A stretch of DNA of 64,000 bases, from the NCBI GenBank assembly GCA_963735595.1, contig CAVTLK010000001.1:416001-480000 (forward strand), read 5' to 3'. This document shows positions 62,836-64,000 of the stretch, piece by piece (the first letter of the stretch is position 1; each line of letters opens with the position of its first letter). Source of the stretch: an uncultured delta proteobacterium (GTDB taxonomy: Bacteria; Desulfobacterota; Zymogenia; Zymogenales; Zymogenaceae). Below the pieces are notes generated by a model that saw only the letters and a list, made by a program, of their open reading frames with translations, was not told the origin of the DNA and did no database searches. The position numbers and the translations under genes were made by a program.

Positions 62836-64000
62836 CTAACGCGAACGCTCGTTGTCTGAGAATATCTCGGGAAAGCGCTCCTTCAATTCGAGGAATACAT
62901 ACCGGTCGATTTCTCTGGCCGTCGCAAACGTGAGGACCTCATCGGTAATCGCCTTGCAGTCTTTATACGAGATTTCCCGGAGAATTTTCTTTACTCTGAG
63001 GATAGACATAGCGTTCATCGACAGATCGTCCAGCCCTATCCCCACCAGTATCGGAAGGTAGAGCGGCTCGCCTGCCATCTCGCCGCACATGGCGACCCTG
63101 ATACCTTGTTCATGGGCCGCATGGACCGCCCCACCGATCATTCTGAGGACCGCCGGATGCAGCGGCTCGTACAGATAATTGACGTGCTCGTTTACGCGGT
63201 CTATTGCCAGTGAATACTGAATCAGGTCGTTGGTCCCGATTGAGAAGAAATCGACCTCCTTTGCCAGCAGGTCCGCTATGACCATAGCCGAGGGGACCTC
63301 CATCATAGAGCCGATCTCGATGTGTTCGTCAAACGGGATACCGCGGGTAAGCAGATCATCTTTTACCTCTTCGAGAATCATCTTGGTCAGACGTATCTCT
63401 TCTATACCTGAGATCATCGGGAACATGATCTTAACCGGGCCGTACGCACTGGCGCGCAGTATCGCCCGGAGCTGGTCCTTGAAGATATCGACTTCCTTGA
63501 GACAAAACCGTATTGCCCTCAACCCCATCGCCGGATTCATTTCCTGGGCAAGGTCTATCGGCGACAGGAAACGGTCTCCACCGAGGTCAAACGTCCTGAT
63601 GATGGTGACCTTCGGTTTCATGTTTTCTACAACGTATTTGTATACCTCGAAATGCTCCTCCTCCGTAGGAAGGCTCTTGCGGTTGAGGTAGATGAATTCC
63701 GTTCTATATAGCCCGATGCCTTCAGCCCCGTGCTGTTTTATGGACTGTATCTCATGGGGCATCTCGATATTGGCCATCAGAGAGACCCGGTAGCCGTCGG
63801 TAGTAACCGCGGGGAGTTCCGTTATGGAAAGGAGTTCGCGCTCTTCAGCCTGGTACTGCCTGAGCAGCCCCTCGTATTCGATCCGCACCTCGGCCGACGG
63901 ATTGATGATGACCTGTCCCGGTGGTGCCGTTGACAATAATGCAGTCACCGCCCTTGACCATGGTACTGACCGCCTCCAGACCCACGACCGAGGGTATCTC
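62836..64000 (-). CDS. ptsI: phosphoenolpyruvate--protein phosphotransferase (PTS enzyme I), 5' part outside the window
   Basis: GIGLYRTEF, NPAMGLRAIR, FFSIGTNDLIQY, MCGEMAG. Confidence 0.93.
   Translation of the reverse strand, partial: RYPRSWVWRRSVPWSRAVTALLSTAPPGQVIINPSAEVRIEYEGLLRQYQAEERELLSITELPAVTTDGYRVSLMANIEMPHEIQSIKQHGAEGIGLYRTEFIYLNRKSLPTEEEHFEVYKYVVENMKPKVTIIRTFDLGGDRFLSPIDLAQEMNPAMGLRAIRFCLKEVDIFKDQLRAILRASAYGPVKIMFPMISGIEEIRLTKMILEEVKDDLLTRGIPFDEHIEIGSMMEVPSAMVIADLLAKEVDFFSIGTNDLIQYSLAIDRVNEHVNYLYEPLHPAVLRMIGGAVHAAHEQGIRVAMCGEMAGEPLYLPILVGIGLDDLSMNAMSILRVKKILREISYKDCKAITDEVLTFATAREIDRYVFLELKERFPEIFSDNERSR

Overview
GC-rich bacterial chromosomal segment. The gene orders leuS-lptE-holA><rpsT<>murJ and ptsI-metK-ahcY, plus a DUF6178-like gene, suggest Desulfobacterota/Deltaproteobacteria (inference). 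It holds about 50 protein genes: housekeeping (cysS, leuS, uvrB, uvrC, holA, rpsT, murJ, metK, ahcY, ptsI, comEC), lipid/acyl-CoA metabolism, and transporters. I found no tRNA, rRNA, CRISPR array or mobile element. Many genes are broken by 1-bp indels, probably long-read assembly errors, so several CDSs were reconstructed across frames. The most interesting locus (46.2-54.8 kb) is an AmmeMemoRadiSam system that appears to be exported. Its radical SAM enzyme has a clear Tat signal (SRREFL...ACA), and its Memo protein seems to carry an N-terminal signal and may be fused to the AMMECR1 domain. These genes follow a YdbH/YdbL-like envelope module and a Zn-ribbon gene and converge on a polytopic spermidine-synthase-like protein with altered catalytic motifs. 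An EamA/DMT transporter directly behind metK-ahcY is a candidate SAM/SAH carrier. Other oddities are a phosphatase-fold protein whose CX5R loop is replaced by acidic residues, an acyl-CoA ligase with a 22-aa repeat insert, and a sigmaE-like promoter before a secreted VIT-VWA protein.
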